Assembly: GCF_009914755.1 (NCBI RefSeq)
Contig: NC_060941.1
DNA: 64,000 nt
Strand: one strand, 5' to 3'
DNA from: the human T2T-CHM13v2.0 reference genome, Homo sapiens
Shown: piece after piece, positions 63,146-64,000 of the stretch
Layout of the letters: the number at the start of each line of letters is the position of its first letter
How positions within the stretch are numbered: position 1 is the first letter of the stretch
Program-made: the position numbers and the translations under genes
Notes under the pieces: model-generated
What the model saw: only the letters and a program-made list of their open reading frames with translations
What the model was told of the DNA's origin: nothing
The model's database searches: none

Positions 63146-64000
63146 CAGCTCCTGCTCTAGAATGGCCTTCTGCCTAACTGCCCTAAGAGTAGAAACTATC
63201 CAGACAGTATCAACTGCTGAGTGCACAGGGTTCTCAATAAATGCTAACTGGCTTGTGTCACTAGCAGAATATAGTGGGCATGACCAGTATCCTAGTAGAG
63301 CTGACCCAAACAGAAAAAATAATGTTCAAAAGCCCAGCCATCTCCAATATGTCTTAAATTGTAGCCTGAAGTAGGTACCCATAAAAAGGAACTGATCTCA
63401 CAGAAGTCACCTCTACCATCTGGGGGTTGGCCAACCCATAGAGGAATTCTCCCTTATTGCATCTATACTTTCTCTTTTCTGGACTATTAAAAAGTCAAGA
63501 AATACTTCCCCCTAGGAGGTAGGCTGGGTGTGAAAGGGAGTGAAACCCATTTGCCTCTTTTGAGGTGCTGTTGGTCCTAACAGAGGTTTGGAGACTATAC
63601 AAATACCTAAGATGAATGGGAATAATTTATAATTTTCAGTTACTCATTCTCTCAGAAGTAACAACAAACACATTAACTCAGTTGTCAGCATTCTCCCAGG
63701 GAATCAGAAAAAGAAAGGAAGCACCAAGTAGATCAGCCTGATCTTGGTACCGGTGATGCTGGGGGGTTGGAGGGTGGAGGTGGGTCTAGAACTCCAAATG
63801 GTTTTGGGGAATTGAGAAAAGCTCAACTGTTTTTTATGTCTGATTAGAAGTAATCAGACATAAAATTGCCCATTCTGAGCAAAAGGCCATTTTACTAAAT
63901 AAATTTGGGAAATCTTCTGAAATAAGTTTTAAAATGCTGCAGGCTAGTCCAACACTACTCTTAGAACGTTCTCTCTTGGAAGGGAGTTCACAACCATATA

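Overview
Human (primate) genomic DNA, recognisable as the chr17q12 CCT6B-ZNF830-LIG3-RFFL locus. In order: (i) the first five coding exons of CCT6B (minus strand; the gene runs off the left edge); (ii) intronless ZNF830 (plus), head-to-head with CCT6B across a 173-bp CpG-island promoter; (iii) ~18 kb of repeat-rich intergenic DNA (Alu, L1, L2, MIR, a THE1 solo LTR, MER20, nested MER33/Tigger3/Alu); (iv) the complete LIG3 gene (plus), with a non-coding exon 1, mitochondrial and nuclear start codons in exon 2, and alternative terminal exons giving alpha (1009 aa, BRCT) and beta (949 aa); (v) an OSTC processed pseudogene with a 14-bp target-site duplication; (vi) the last exon and 3' UTR of RFFL (minus), convergent with LIG3. 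I see no new protein-coding gene, RNA gene or CRISPR array. The most interesting unexplained structure is an ~80-130 nt non-Alu imperfect inverted repeat bracketing LIG3 exon 9, the in-frame exon with the catalytic lysine. Its upstream arm covers a consensus branch point and the decoy AGs before a weak AAG acceptor. Other leads: uORF and splice switches at the LIG3 5' end, a PAS duplicated by the OSTC retrocopy, a THE1 LTR with DUX4 motif and splice donor upstream of LIG3, and a triple fold-back palindrome. Exon coordinates were read from GT/AG sites and frame-checked by hand. Repeat boundaries and subfamilies are approximate.
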